A stretch of 64,000 bases of DNA from NCBI RefSeq assembly GCF_030028105.1, contig NC_092374.1, forward strand, positions 178,770,057 to 178,834,056, read 5' to 3'. The notes beneath the pieces were generated by a model. It made no database searches, was not told the DNA's origin, and saw only the letters and a program-made list of their open reading frames with translations. Both the position numbers and the translations under genes were made by a program. This document shows, piece by piece, positions 50,375 to 63,511 of this stretch; position 1 is the stretch's first letter, and every line of letters begins with the position of its first letter. The stretch comes from Mobula birostris (Eukaryota).

Positions 50375-52104
50375 CAGGTGACGAGAGGGCGTACAGGAGT
50401 AAGATATGCCTCTGAGTGAGAATGGTACTGCAGCAACAACCTGGCACTCAAAGTCAGTAAGACGAAAGACGAAGGAACACATACCAATCCTCATAGAGGG
50501 ATCAGAGGTGGAGAGAGTGAGCCGCTTCAAGTTCCTGGGTGTCAAGATCTCTGAGGACCTAACCTGGTTTCAACATATTGCTGTAGTCGTAAAGAAGGCA
50601 AGACAGCAGCTATACTTCATTAGGAGTTTGAAGAGATTTGGCACGTCAACAAATACGCTCAAAAACTTCTATAGTTGTACTGTGGAGAGCATTCTGACAG
50701 GCTGCATCACTGTCTGGTATGGAGGGGCTACTGCACGGGACCAAAAGAAGCTGCAGAAGGTTGTAAATCTAGTCAGCTCCATCTTGGGCACTAACCTACA
50801 AAGTACCCAGGGCATCTTTAGGGAGCGGTGTCTCAGAAAGGCAGCGTCCATTATTAAAGACCTTCAGCACCCAGGGCATGCCCTTTTCTCACTGTTACCA
50901 TCAGGTCGGAGATACAGAAGCCTGAAGGCACACACTCAGCGATTCAGGAACAGCTTCTTCCCCTCTGCCACCCGATTCTTAAATGGACTTTGAAGCTTTG
51001 GACACTACCTCACTTTTTTTGTTTTTGCACTTTTTAATAATTTATTCAATATATGTAATTGATTTACTTGTTTTTAATTATGTTTTATTTTATTTATTAT
51101 TTTTTTCTCTCTCTCTGCTAGATTATGTATTGCATTGAACTGCTGCTGCTAAGTTAACAAATTTCACGTCACATGCCGGTGATAATAAACTTGATTCTGA
51201 TTCTGATTCATTTATCCAGCAGTTTGTTTTTCTCTCCAGATTTCAATCCTCATATGAAAGAGGGATTGAAGTGATGAAACCCTGGTTTGTGTTAAAGGGA
51301 GTGCGCAAGATATGCCAGCTAGTGGAGTGGTGTCACAGCAACAACCTGGCACTCAACGTCAGTAAGACAAAAGAGCTGATTGTAGACTTCAAGAAGGGTA
51401 AGATGAAGGGTAAGATACCAATCCTCATAGAAGGATCAGAAGTGGAGAAAGTGAGCAGTTTCAAGTTCCTGGGTGTCAAGATCTCTAAGGATCTAACCTG
51501 GTCCCGGCATATCGATGCAGCGACAAATAGGGCAAGACAGCGACTATACTTCATTAGGAGTTTGAAGAGATTTGGTATGTCAATAAAAACACTGAAAAAC
51601 TTCTATAGATGTACCGTGGAGAGCATTCTGACAGGCTGCATCACTGTCTGGTATGGGGGGGAGGGGGCGCTACTGCACAGGACCAAAGGAAACTGCAGAG
51701 GGTAGAAGGCTCCATCTTGGGTACTAGCCTACAAAGTACCCAGGACATCTTCAGGGAGCGGTGTCTCAGAAAGGCAGCGTCCATTATTAAGGACCTCCAG
51801 CACCCAGGGCATGCCCTTTTCTCACTGTTACCATCAGGTAGGAGGTACAGAAGCCTAAAGGCACACACTCAACGATTCAGGAACAGCTTCTTCCCCTCTG
51901 CCATCTGATTCCTAAATGGTCATTGATCTCATGAACATTACCTCACGTTTTTAATATATATTATTTCTGTTTTTGAATGATTTTTAATCTATTCATTTAC
52001 TGTAATTTATTATTTTTTTCTTCTATATTATGTATTGCATTGAACTGCTGCTGCTAAGTTAACGAATTTCACGACACATGCTGGTGATAATAAATCCGAT
52101 TCTG
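50375..52104 (+). mobile_element. Two tandem 5'-truncated Rex1/Babar copies (about 50375-51208 and 51305-52104)
   Basis: Same young subfamily as 1-1304; both begin near the [11 protein letters not shown] motif and end with the aataaa-(gattct) tail. Confidence 0.88.
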
Positions 52105-53259
52105 TAACCGGGAATGAGGTGTGATGGAGAGAGGGTGGGGAAACTGGGCTCCAGTATGCTGGAGAGAAGGCGAGAACTGGGGTCCCCAGTATGTGAGAGG
52201 GAGTGTGGGAACTGGGAATGAATAGCCAATTCCTACTTTTTTTTCATAACCTTGTAGAATTATACAGCGCAGAACCAACTCTTCAATGCCCAGCGTAATT
52301 CCTATCTAATTAATCTTATTTGGCTGTGTTTGGCCGTAAACCTTTCTTATCCATGCACCTATCTTTTAAAAGTTGCACCTGTAACTGACTCTACCACTTT
52401 CACTGACAACTTGTTCCATATCCCCATCACTCTGTGGGGAAAATGCTCCTCAAGTCCTCTTAAGGTTTGTCCTCTTTCTTCTTAAACCTGCGTCTTCTAG
52501 TGTTAGACTTCACTATCCCTGGGGTAAAAAAAACTGTGACTATTCCCCCATCTATGTCCTTCATCATTTTATAAATCCCTATAAGGCCACCACTCGGCCT
52601 TCAGTTCCGGGGAAACCGTCTCCGCTTATCCAGTGTCTATAACTCAAGCCCTCCAGTACACCTAACCTTCTTGTTTATGCATGCTCTTTAACTTGAGGCC
52701 GTACTGTGCAGAACACTCTGAGGTCTAGCCAACATTTTGTACAATTCTAATCTGATTTCCCAGTTCTTGCACTCAATGCAGCAGCTGATGAAGTCCAGCT
52801 CGCCATCTACCTTTCTCACTGCCTGTGTCAGCGCCTCCTTAACCTCACCATGCCAGAACTCGTTGATTATCTGCTATTCGTGGTGGAGAGGAGTAAATGC
52901 TCAGTATCATTTAGGTTAAATGCATTTATTCAACGATTTACTTATCAAAGGATCAAATACAATGACACGCTTTTGAAAATTTGGGAAGCCTTAGAGAGCA
53001 GATTCGCCTGAGATGGAGCATTTCAATTATGAGGGGAGGCTGGGATTGTTTTTCTTGGGCTGGGGGAAGCTAATTTAGGAACTAATAGACAAAATTATGA
53101 GGATTAGATACAGGGAAACTTTGTTCCATGGCAGGCGTACCTAAAATTAGAAAGCATGGGTTTAGGGTGAGGCTGGAGGTTTAGAGGGAAACTAAAGACT
53201 TTCTTCTTTCAAAGGGTGGTTGGACTCTGGAGTGCACTGACTGAGAGGCTGGTGAAAGT

Positions 53260-54880
53260 TAAAGGTAAATTTATATCTATATCTATCCATATAAAACACA
53301 GTACACCCAAGAACCATAACAGAATCAATGAAAGACTGCATCCAAAAGGGTGGACAGTCAACCAATATGCAAAAGGCAATTAACTGTGCAAATATAATAG
53401 ATATAGTATAATAAATAAACAATAATTATCAAGAACATGAGATGAAGAGTCCTAGAAAATGAGTCCATAGGTTCTGGGAACTGTTCAGTGATGGAGCAAG
53501 TGAAGTTGTACCCTTTGGTTGATGTACTTGATGGTTGAGGGGTAGTAACTGTTCCTAAACCTAGTAGTGTGAGCCTTGAGGTTCATGTACCTTCTTCCTG
53601 ATGGCAGCAGCGAGAAGAGAGCATGATCAAGATGGTGGGGGTTCCAGGTGATGGACGCTGCTTTCCTACGACAGTGCTCTGTGTAAGTGTGCTCAATGGT
53701 GGGAAGGGCTTTACCTGTGATGGACTTGGTTGTATCCACTACTTTTTGTAGGACCTTCTGTTCAAGGCCATTGATGTTTCCATAACAGGCTATAATGCAA
53801 CCAATCTATATACTCTCCATCACACATCAATAGACATTTGTCAAAGTATTAAATGCCATGCCGAATCTTTGCAATCTTCAAAGGAAGCAAACTTTCTTCA
53901 TAATTGCACTTGTATACTGGGCCCAGTCTTCTGAAATGATAACACTGAGGAAGTTAAAGTTGCTGACCATCTCCATCTTTGATTCCCCAATCAGACTGGT
54001 TCATTGGCCTCCAGTTTCCTCCTCCTGAAGTCAATAATCAGCTCCATAGACTTGCTGGCATTGAGTGAAAGGTGGTTATTGTGGAACCACTCAGCCAGAT
54101 TTTCAACCTCTCTCCTATATACTGATTCGTCACCACCTTTGATTTGGCCAGTGACAGTTGTGTCATCAGCAAACTTGAATATGGCATTGGAGCTGTGCTT
54201 AGCCTTGCCATCACTTGTATAAAACAAGTAGAGTAGGGGGCTGAGCTCACAGCCTTGTGGAGCCCCTGTGCTGATGGAGATTATGGAGGAGATGTTGTTG
54301 CCAATATGAACTGAGTGGCATCTGCAAGTGAACAAATCGAGGAAACAATTGCACAAGGAGGACTTGAGGTCAAGGTTTTGAAGCTTAGAGATTATTTTTG
54401 TTGGGATGATAGTATTGAATACTGAGCTGTAGTAGATAAAGAGCATCTGCAGTGTATGAGTCTTTTCTGTCCAGATGCTCTGGCATTGAGAAAAGAGCCA
54501 ATGAAATGGCATATGTTGTGGACCTGTTGTGCCGCTAGGCAAGTTGGAGCAGATCAAGGTCACTTTTCAGGCAGGAATTGATGTTTCATCACCAACTTCT
54601 TCATTGTGGATGTAAGTGCTACTGGACAATGATAACTGAGGTAGGTTACCATGTTCTTCAGCACTAGCATGATTGAGGCCTGCTTGAAGCAGATGGGTAC
54701 CTCATTGTTGAAGCAAGAGGTTGAAGATTTTGGTGAACACTCCAGCCGGTTGATCAGCACAAGTCTTTACTACTGACCAGGTACCCCATCCAGGCTGGCT
54801 GTTTTCTGTAGGTTCAGCCTCCTGAAGGATGCTCTCACATTGGCCTCAGAGACTGAAATCTACAGGGTTATCAGGGACAG
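53260..54880 (-). mobile_element. Degenerate Rex1/Babar LINE
   Basis: ORF 53991-54563 TGAPQGCELSPLL...FKFADDTTVTG. Confidence 0.85.
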
Positions 54881-55319
54881 AGACTCCTACAACCTGAATC
54901 ATCAAGTTCAGAATGACCTAGTGCTGGTAAATGGGATTAGTAGAGACAGCAGGCTGTAAAAGCTGGAATCTGCAGTGGAAAACATTGCTGGAGGATTTCA
55001 GCATCTGTGGAGTGGTGATGGTAGGGGAACGGGAGGGGAAAAGCAGTTTTTTAGTATAGGCAGGAACTTGATTGGCTTGAACAACTATGACTGAGTTCTT
55101 AAACTGCTGTTTACTGACTGCAATCATGAGCTTCTGAGATCTTTACTAATCAGGCGATTAGTAAAATCAGCATTTGGCTTGTGGTATGGCTTGCATCTTG
55201 ACATTAGAATAGTGCGGCTACCGTAAAGTCGAAACACTGCGGTACTTGGTGGGCTGAGTGCAGGGACTGTGTTTTAGATAGGATATCAGAGTAAAGCTCT
55301 ATTCATCTGCACGCTAGAG

Positions 55320-55706
55320 AGTGGGGGGGGCCACAGCCCTGTGTGCTGGAGGGGGAGTTGGGGGGGGACACAGTCCTGTGTGCTCGAGGGGGAGTGGGGG
55401 GAGGCACAGCCCTGTGTGCTTGAGGGGGAGTTGGGGGGGGGGACACAGCCCTGTGTGCTTGAGGGGGAGTGGGGGGGGATACAGCCCCGGGTGCTCGAGG
55501 GGGAGTGGGGGGGGCACAGCCCTGTGTGCTCGAGGGGGAGTGGGGGGGGACAGTCCTGTGTGCTCGAGGGGGAGTGGGGGGGCACAGCCCTGTGTGCTCG
55601 ATGGGGAGTGGGAGGGACAGCCCTGTGTGCTCGAGGGGGAGTGGGGGGGACAGCCCTGTGTGCTCGAGGGGGAGTGGGGGGGACAGCCCTGTGTGCTCGA
55701 GGGGGC
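55320..55706. repeat. G-rich minisatellite, 11 units of about 33-39 bp (ACAGCCCTGTGTGCTCGAGGGGGAGTGGGGGGG)
   Basis: 11 cag(c/t)cc unit starts counted; length variation lies mainly in the G-runs. Confidence 0.95.
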
Positions 55707-56519
55707 GTCATTGGGAGGCAGTGGTAGATGACTAAAGGTTAGACAGAAAAAAAGAGGCAGATGGAGTGAAATCAGGGGAGTGGAGTTTGGAGAAAACTGC
55801 TGGAGGGAGATAAGTAAAGATACTACTCAACCTGCAGAGTTCCTCCAGCAGATTGTTTGTTGCCCCAGATTCTTGCATCTGTAGCTTCTTGTCTTTCTAC
55901 CATCAGCACTGATCTGGTCCAGGTCTCATCTCCGCTTCTGTGCCAGATCCTCAATTCACTATGTCTGTATTCACTAGAGGACTGTGTCCATTCCGGGTTT
56001 GTATTCATTAGAAGTCTGAATTTACTATATGTCTGTACTGTCGTGAAGACTGCGTTCACTAGAGGTCTGTGGCATAAATTTCCCTCTCTTTCGAAACTGT
56101 TTACCCATGTCAATGTTGTAATGTTTGTAATATCCTGTATCCTGTTTGCAGTATGCTGCTAAAGTGAGTAATTTTCATGGCATTTCTACCCTGGTATGCA
56201 GGCGTATGACAATAAACCAACCTCCCCTTTGTTACCCTCTTCCTCCGGTGATCCAGCCTCCATAAATCCCCGGGATGGAGAATTCACCATCCACTGTGAG
56301 AAGCGTTAATTATGTTCCCAGATTTCAGACTCCCACTAGGGGAACCATCTCAATATCTACCCTCTCATGCACTCATCATTATACATGTTTCAAAAATATC
56401 ACCCCTCATTCTTCATTTGGAATGTAATGATTCAAAAATGTGCGCAATTTTCTGGTCTTTGTTTGGAGACTCTTACTTGTTTTAGAGGACACTTCTTAAA
56501 AGTCATAGCTTGGAAACTG

Positions 56520-56900
56520 GATCCGTCCCGAGCACCAAGCACCCATGAATACTTAGCTGCAGATACCCCACTGCTGCCCCAAAACCACCAATGTTCCGGG
56601 CCCCTGCAGCCGGGACGTCCACCCAGCAATGCAGCAAGTCCGTTCAGTCCGCCGGCGCCGCGGGGGTCCGATGGGTGATTGACAGCTCGGGCGCAGGAAG
56701 AACTAGATTGGCTGTTTGACCTGCCAATCAGATAAGAACCGCCCATTTACAGCGGCCGCGGCCTCCTTTCGTTGCAGAGCGAGCAGCCGAAATGAGCGGA
56801 GCGGAGACGGTGAGGCTGAGATGGGGGATGGTTGGACGCATAGACCGGAGCGGTGTGGGGATATGGACGGGGCCACTACTGTTGCTGTTATGGGAAAGGG
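56520..56900 (+). promoter_or_regulatory. CpG island promoter and probable first exon of an unidentified plus-strand gene
   Basis: CpG-rich, with ATTGG (56707-56711), CCAAT (56724-56728) and a GC box CCGCCC (56739-56744). These are followed by ATG AGC GGA GCG GAG ACG (56792-56809, MSGAET) and donor |gtgagg. Downstream exons were not identified. Confidence 0.6.
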
Positions 56901-57845
56901 TCGGAACTGTAAGATATACCGGGGAGAATGAATGTGATATATAGTAACGATGCATTTTCTTTATTTGCAAACTGGTAGATTGAGGGAGGTTGTTGAATAG
57001 TCAGGAGCAGGCGTGATCTGTTATCTGTTGACACTTCAGAGCACCTTAGGGTGGTGAATACACCTCGATCAAGCCATCTCTCATCCTCCTCCCCAAAGAG
57101 AAAATCAACTTTAAACACGAGGAAATCTGCAGATGCTGGAAATTCAAGCAACGCACGCAAACTGCTGGTGGAACGCAGCAGGCCAGGCAGCATCCACAGG
57201 AAAATCAACCCAGCTTGCTCAACCTTTCCTCATTAAGGCGGGCTCTCTAACCCAGGCAGCATCCTGGAAAATCTCCTCTGCTCCCTCTTTAAAGCTTCAC
57301 ATCCTTGCTGTAACGAGGGGACCAGAATTGAACACAATATTCCAAATGAGGTCTAACCAAAGTTTAGTTATAGAGCTGCAACATTACTTCGTGACCCCTG
57401 ACTAATGAAGAACAATACCTCATACACATTCTTAACCACCCTCACAACTCTGAGGGATCTATAGATGTTGTTCCAAGATCCCACTGTTACTCCACACTGC
57501 TGAGAATACAGGCATTAATCTTGTACTCCTTTCTTCACTTTCATCTTCCAAAGTGTATCACTTCACACTTGCCCAGATTGAACTCCATCTGCCACTTCTC
57601 AGCCCAGCTCTCTATCTTTTCTGTGTCCCATTGTATCCTATGACAAGCTTCTACACTATCCATAACACCACCAAACTTCAGTTGGAGAATGAAATATGAG
57701 TAATGTAAATGGACGGCTAATAGTTGTCATGGAATTGATGGGCTGAAGGACCTGTTTCCTTGCTGCTGTTTGCCGTCCGGTATAGGGGCAATATTTTCAA
57801 TGATTTTCTGATATACTTGTGAAATGTTTTGAAGTGAATGTGGGC

Positions 57846-57850
<5 letters not shown>

Positions 57851-57900
<50 letters not shown>
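57851..57900. repeat. (TG)n microsatellite
   Basis: About 25 TG units. Confidence 0.97.
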
Positions 57901-57904
<4 letters not shown>

Positions 57905-58841
57905 AACTCTTTACAAGGTTGCAGAGTTAACACATTGTGTTCATCATAGCCCGAAGACAGTGAATGACATGCGCCAAAGATCAGTAACTGCAAACTTATG
58001 CCCAGGTCACCATGGTCCCACTGACTTGGAGAAGTTGTCAATTAGACATTATTACCTTCCCCAACCTAGGGCTGGTCTTTAACTCCTGGTCACAAGCATG
58101 AAGACAAATGGTGGACATACCTTGGACATGAAACTGCTGATCTCCCATATGAGATAGACAGATATAGGAAGAATGTCAGGAATCTGAAAAAGGGTGTAGA
58201 AGAGATGGGTATGGATCTTACTGGGAGTGGAGGGCTTGAGTTATAAGGAAAGGTTGGGATTGTTTTCCCAGGAGTGTACAGGGCTGAGGGTGTGCTTACA
58301 GAGGTCCATAAAATAATGAGGAACGTAGACAAAGTGAATGGCCACGGTCTGTTTTCCTATTGTGAGGGAATCTGAAATGAGAGGTGGAGAAAGATTTTGA
58401 AAGGGTCTGAGGGGACACCTTTTCACACAGATTGATGTGGATATATGGAGCAAACTGCCAGAGGAAGCTGTAGAGGTAGCAACAGTTACTATGTTCAATA
58501 GATAGGCACATGGATAGAAAATATGTAGAAGGACATGGGACTAGCAGCTTGGTTGGAATGGATGAGTTGGGCTAGAGGGTAATTTCCATAGCTCTGAGAC
58601 ACTAAAATTGTTAGCTGTCTGTGTTCAGGCATTGGGTGTTGAATGGAAGATTTTCAAGCTGCTGTTCATTAGCTTTTCTCATGGAGGTGGAGCGTGCTTT
58701 GCTGGGTAGGTGATGGACACAGGTCATGGGAGCATCAAAGGAAGCCCCAAATTTCAAGTCCACAAGCAAACAGATCCAAGTAACATATTTGCCTTTCTTT
58801 GTGAGGTTCAGTTGCATCCAGAATGGAAGCTGCAGCACATG

Positions 58842-59030
58842 GCTGGCATAGTGGCAGAGCACTGGAGACACTTCCTCACCGCACCGGAGACCCAAGTTCG
58901 ATTCTAACCTCAGGTGTTGCCTATATGGAGTTTGCACATTTTCTGTATGACTGTGTGAGCTCGTAGGTTATAATTGTCCCATGAGTAGGTGAGTTAATAT
59001 GGGGAGAATAAAATGAATTAGAGTAAATAG
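58842..59030 (+). mobile_element. tRNA-derived SINE (HE1/V-SINE-like)
   Basis: A-box-like TAGTGGCAGAGC and B-box-like GTTCGATTC, then the GGAGTTTGCACATT central domain. Related copies at about 18590-18790, 27530-27720, 38185-38275, 59520-59640 and 62280-62440. Confidence 0.6.
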
Positions 59031-62000
59031 CCAGCGCAGGCTTGGGGGGCAAAAGGCAATTTCCATGTTGTGGAGACAATACCGCAGATGCTGGAATCTG
59101 GAGAATGACCAATCTGCTGGAAGAATACAGTAGATCAAGCAGCATTTGCGAGAGGAAAGGATTGAGTTCTTATGCAGGGTTTTGACCTGAAAGCTCAACA
59201 TTTCCTTTCTTTCTACAGATGCTACTTGACCCACTGAGTTCTTCCAGCAGATTGAGCTATTTCCTTGTTACATCTCTCTGACTTAATCACAGTTGTGGAG
59301 GTTTCAGCTTGAAACTGCAATACTGCGAATTTGTAAAGTCCTATTTGTATATTTAAGACAGGGCTTTATAGATCTCTGACCAGTTTTATGATCGAAGGAT
59401 TGTATTTCCCAACTTGCAGGCAGGCTGGAGTGAAGTGCATCACACTGGTTTACACTGCAGGTGCCCTTGTAAGCAGCCTGTTTTTTTTCCTCCCACAGTA
59501 GCAAATCACTTTTCAACACCAGTGGCTGGAATATCAGAGTTCAATTCCTACTGCTGTCCGAAATAAATTTGTACCTTGTCCCTGTGACTGCATCTCTTCA
59601 GTTTCCTTTCACATTCCCAAAGGCATATTGGTTAGGGTTAATAAGTTGTGAGCATGCTCTGTTAGCACTGGAGGCAATGGTGATGCTTGCAGGCTGCCCC
59701 TGGTATATTTTCAAGCTATGATGGTAGTTGACACAAATGATGCATTTCATTGTATGTTTTGATGTGTACATGACAAACAAAGCTAATCTAATAATTCAAA
59801 TCATTGTAGCTGTTGCTCTGAAGATAATTAATTCACTGTTGACTTGGGCAGATGAATTGAGAGCACACTGAATATTGAGAGAGTTCTGGTCACCATGCTG
59901 TAGAAAAGATGCCATTCAGCTGAAAAGAGTGGAGTTATATGAATTGGGTTATTTCCCCTGGAACATAGAGGCTGACAATATCATCATGGGCATAGTCTTT
60001 TTCTCAAGGTAGGGGAATCTAAAACCAGAGGGCACAGGTTAAAGGTGAGAGGAGGCGAATTTAATGGGGGCCTGCGAGGCAACTCTTTCATGCAAATGTT
60101 GGTGGCTACAAATGGGCCAACTGCAGGCAAATGGGAGTAGCTCAGTTGGGCCAAAGGGCCTTTTTCCATGTTGTCTAACTCTCCATGGAGAGACTATTAA
60201 GTACATATTTGGCACATTTAGTAAGTACTTGGGTGATTTTACAGGTTAGTTCTGGAGTGCAGAACTAATAGTTAAATGCTTTGGAAATTAAACTTTGTGG
60301 AAGGTGCCTTTTGGTGAGTGTAATTAATGTGACTGTAATAGTTATGACAATATTAAGTCTTTCTTGAACAATTAGTTAAGTTTTTGCTTGGGTGATGTGA
60401 TCGGTATGAGATGAAGGAATACACATACAGTTTGGAAAATGATTCCAGGTGATGGAGTTGAATAAGATACAATTATGTAAATCATCCAAGAATCATTCAA
60501 CATTGCAAAGCAGGTTAATAAAACATCAGTGTCAGGTCACATAGTTAATTTCTCATGGAGAGGGTGCTGTACATGGTTAATCCACAATTAAGAATACTGT
60601 TATGTTGTTGTTACCATGTTCTAAACACTCAAGAAGTCAGAACACTCAAGACTACAGATGCTGGAATCTGGTGCAATAAACAACCTGCTGGAGGAACTTA
60701 GCAGATCAAGCAGCTCTTGGGCTGTATTCCCTGGACTTCAGGCAAATGAGAGGGGATCTCATAGCAACATTCCAAATGTTAAAATGCCTGAACAGATTAG
60801 ATATGGCAAAGTTATTTCCCATGGTAGGGGATTCTTGGACAAGAGGGCACAACTTCAAGATTGAAGGACGTCCAATTCGAACAGAGATGCAGAGAAAGTA
60901 CTTTAGTCAGCAGGTGGTAAATCTGTGGAATTTGTTGCCACAAGAGGCTTTGGAGTCCAAGTCATTGAGTGCATTTAAAGCAGAGATAGAGGAGAGATGG
61001 AGGAGGAAGAACTGTTGACATCTTAAGTCAAAAAACTGCCTCAGGACTGGGAGTAGTGGTGGCATTATAGGGGGGGAGGTGGGACAAAGGACAAAGCTCA
61101 GAGGTGATTGGAGGAGTGGGTTGGATGATGGACAGTTCGAGCTATGTTTTGGAGGAGGAGTGAAGTTGGAAGATGGAGGCAAGTGGATGCTAGATGGAGG
61201 CAGACACAAAAAGAGGCCGATGCAGCCATGAGTGGCAAGAGGCAGGTGAAGATGGAAACAGAGCAGCAGGAACACTAAAGACTACCGGATAAATAAGGAA
61301 GGCAACAACGGGAACCACTGGGAGAGCCGAAAGGTGGATGGAACCAGAACTAGAACCATGTGGGAGGGTGGGGAGAGCCAGTGGGTGAAATGTATGGGTA
61401 ATAGGTGCATCAAACTGGGAGGGAATGAAGATGGTTGGTAAGGGTGGCAAAGGAAACACAAATAGTGGGGCTGGAGGAGGTTTGGAATGAGGGAGAGCGA
61501 AGCACTGGGAATACCGAAGAAAGGATTACCAGAGATAGGAAAACTCAACATTTGTGCTGTTGGCTTGTTGGCTATTCAAGTGGAAAGTGAGGGAGCACCA
61601 GTTGAAAAGTGAGGGGACTGATCTGAGCATTCTCTGAACTGTTATATTAGGCCTGCTGCTCTCTCCACAGAGTGCTTCCTGAATTGCAGAGTGTTTTCCA
61701 GCATTTGCTGCTTTTATTTCAGATTACCAGCATGTGGCAATTTTTTTTATTACTTTCACCTTCTCTGTCTAATTGTAATCTCTATATTGTGTACAAAGAG
61801 TAAGGTTCGCATGGATGTGAGATTGTAACTTGACAGAAGATTTTAAACACCAGGGACCTTCAGCAAAGGAGAACATGTGTGAGTGACTGAATCAAAATAG
61901 AGTTGTACCGTAAAGATCCAAGCCCTTCTGCTCATCTTGTCCACAGTGACCATCAAATATCCAACTCTACTGTTCTCATTTACCTGCATTTAATCTTTAA

Positions 62001-62539
62001 AAATGGTAATGAATGGAATGTATTCACTTGTCTCAAAACCTTCTCACTAGAAATCAGAAATATAAGTAACTAATATAATCTCAGGTAGGAGTAAGGAAAA
62101 ATGTTCACTCCTGATGTCTGGGCAGAGGATGGAAATCCCTGGTATAAGCAGATGTGAGGCAGCTTTTGGGACCACTGTGTGAGTCTATGTCACCCATCAA
62201 ACAAGTAGAAAACAAGCTGCAGGAAGAAGTTTACCACGGTTATCTTGACTGTGCATCTTCCCACCCGAAGGAGTTAGCACATTCTGCCTGTGACCGCGTG
62301 GGTTTCCTCCCACAGTCCAAGAATGTACCGGATTGTAGGTTAATTGATCATTGTAAATTGTCCTGTGATTAGGCTAGGATTAAGTTTGGAGATTGCTGGG
62401 TGGCATGACTCGAAAGGCGTATTCTGCACTGTATCTCAATAAATAAATAAATAAAATGAATGATAGAAAGATTGATAGATATATATATAAATAAATAAAC
62501 AAACAAAGTGCTATTCCCTTTTCTCAGTTCATTCATCCC

Positions 62540-63511
62540 CATCCTGTTCCCAGGATGTGGCTTTGCTTTCCAGGTTATCAGAGATGTTGTCCTCCTTCAA
62601 AGAATGGGGTTTCCCTTCCTCCACTATTGATGCTGCCCTCACCTGCAATTCCCCCTGTTTCCTGAACATCCGTTGTCACCCCATCTTCCCACTGCCTTAA
62701 CAGTGATAGTTTCTCCTGCCTTTACCTACTACCCACCTGTGAGCCTCCGCATCCAGCACACATCTTTACCCCTCCCCCTCCCCTGCACACTTTCTCCACT
62801 TTCTGCAGGGATCCCTTGTCCATTTGTTCCTCCCCGCTAATCTCCGTCCCGACACTTATCCCTGCTAGCGGCCAAAGTGCTACACCTGCCCATTCACCTC
62901 CTCCCTCACCTCCATTCAGGACCCCAAACAGTCTTTCCAGGTGAGGCGACACTTCCAGGTGGGTCGTCTACATTGGTGAGACCTGCCGTAAACTGGGGGA
63001 CAGCTTCGTTCAGCACCTCTGCTCCATCCACCGAAGGCAGGACTTCCCAGAGGCCAAACACCTGAATTCGGATACCCATTCCTGTTCTGACCTGCTGGTC
63101 CACGGCCTCTTCTTGTGGCAATATGCGGCCACCCTCAGGAGAAGCAATACTTATATTTCAACTGCAATAAATATTTATTTCTTCTTCTGGTAAAAATATT
63201 TTTCTCTCTCCCTACCGTCTCTTCTGTTTCCCACTCTGGCCTCTTACCTCTTCTCAAATGCTTATTACCTCCCCCTAGGTCCTCTCCTCCTTCCCTTTCT
63301 CCTATGGTCCACTCTCCTCTCCTATCAGATTCCTTCCTCTTCTGCACTTTACCTTTCCAACGCACCTGGCTTGACCTATCAACTTCTAGCTATCCTCCTT
63401 CCCCTCCCCCCTACCTTTTTATTCTAGTGTTTTCCCACTTCCTTTACAGTCCTGAAGAAGGGTCTCAGCCCAAAACATCGACTGTACATTCATTTCCATG
63501 GATACTGCCTG
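62540..63511 (+). mobile_element. Degenerate Penelope-like element whose tail is interrupted by a Rex1 3' fragment (about 63512-63868)
   Basis: GIY-YIG-region similarity at 62880-63150. The tail ...gatactgcctg resumes as acctgctgagtttctccagc after the Rex1 (tatgac)n end. Confidence 0.75.

Noticed and set aside
55286-55735. Repeat-spacer-like array and several overlapping ORFs
   Set aside because: The units are contiguous with no unique spacers and there are no cas genes; it is a eukaryotic VNTR, not CRISPR.
58842-58915. tRNA gene
   Set aside because: It has A/B-box-like motifs but no complete cloverleaf and continues into a SINE body.
59290-62260. Candidate downstream exons of the 56.8-kb gene
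   Set aside because: Individual splice signals exist, but no consistent reading frame or recognisable protein could be assembled.
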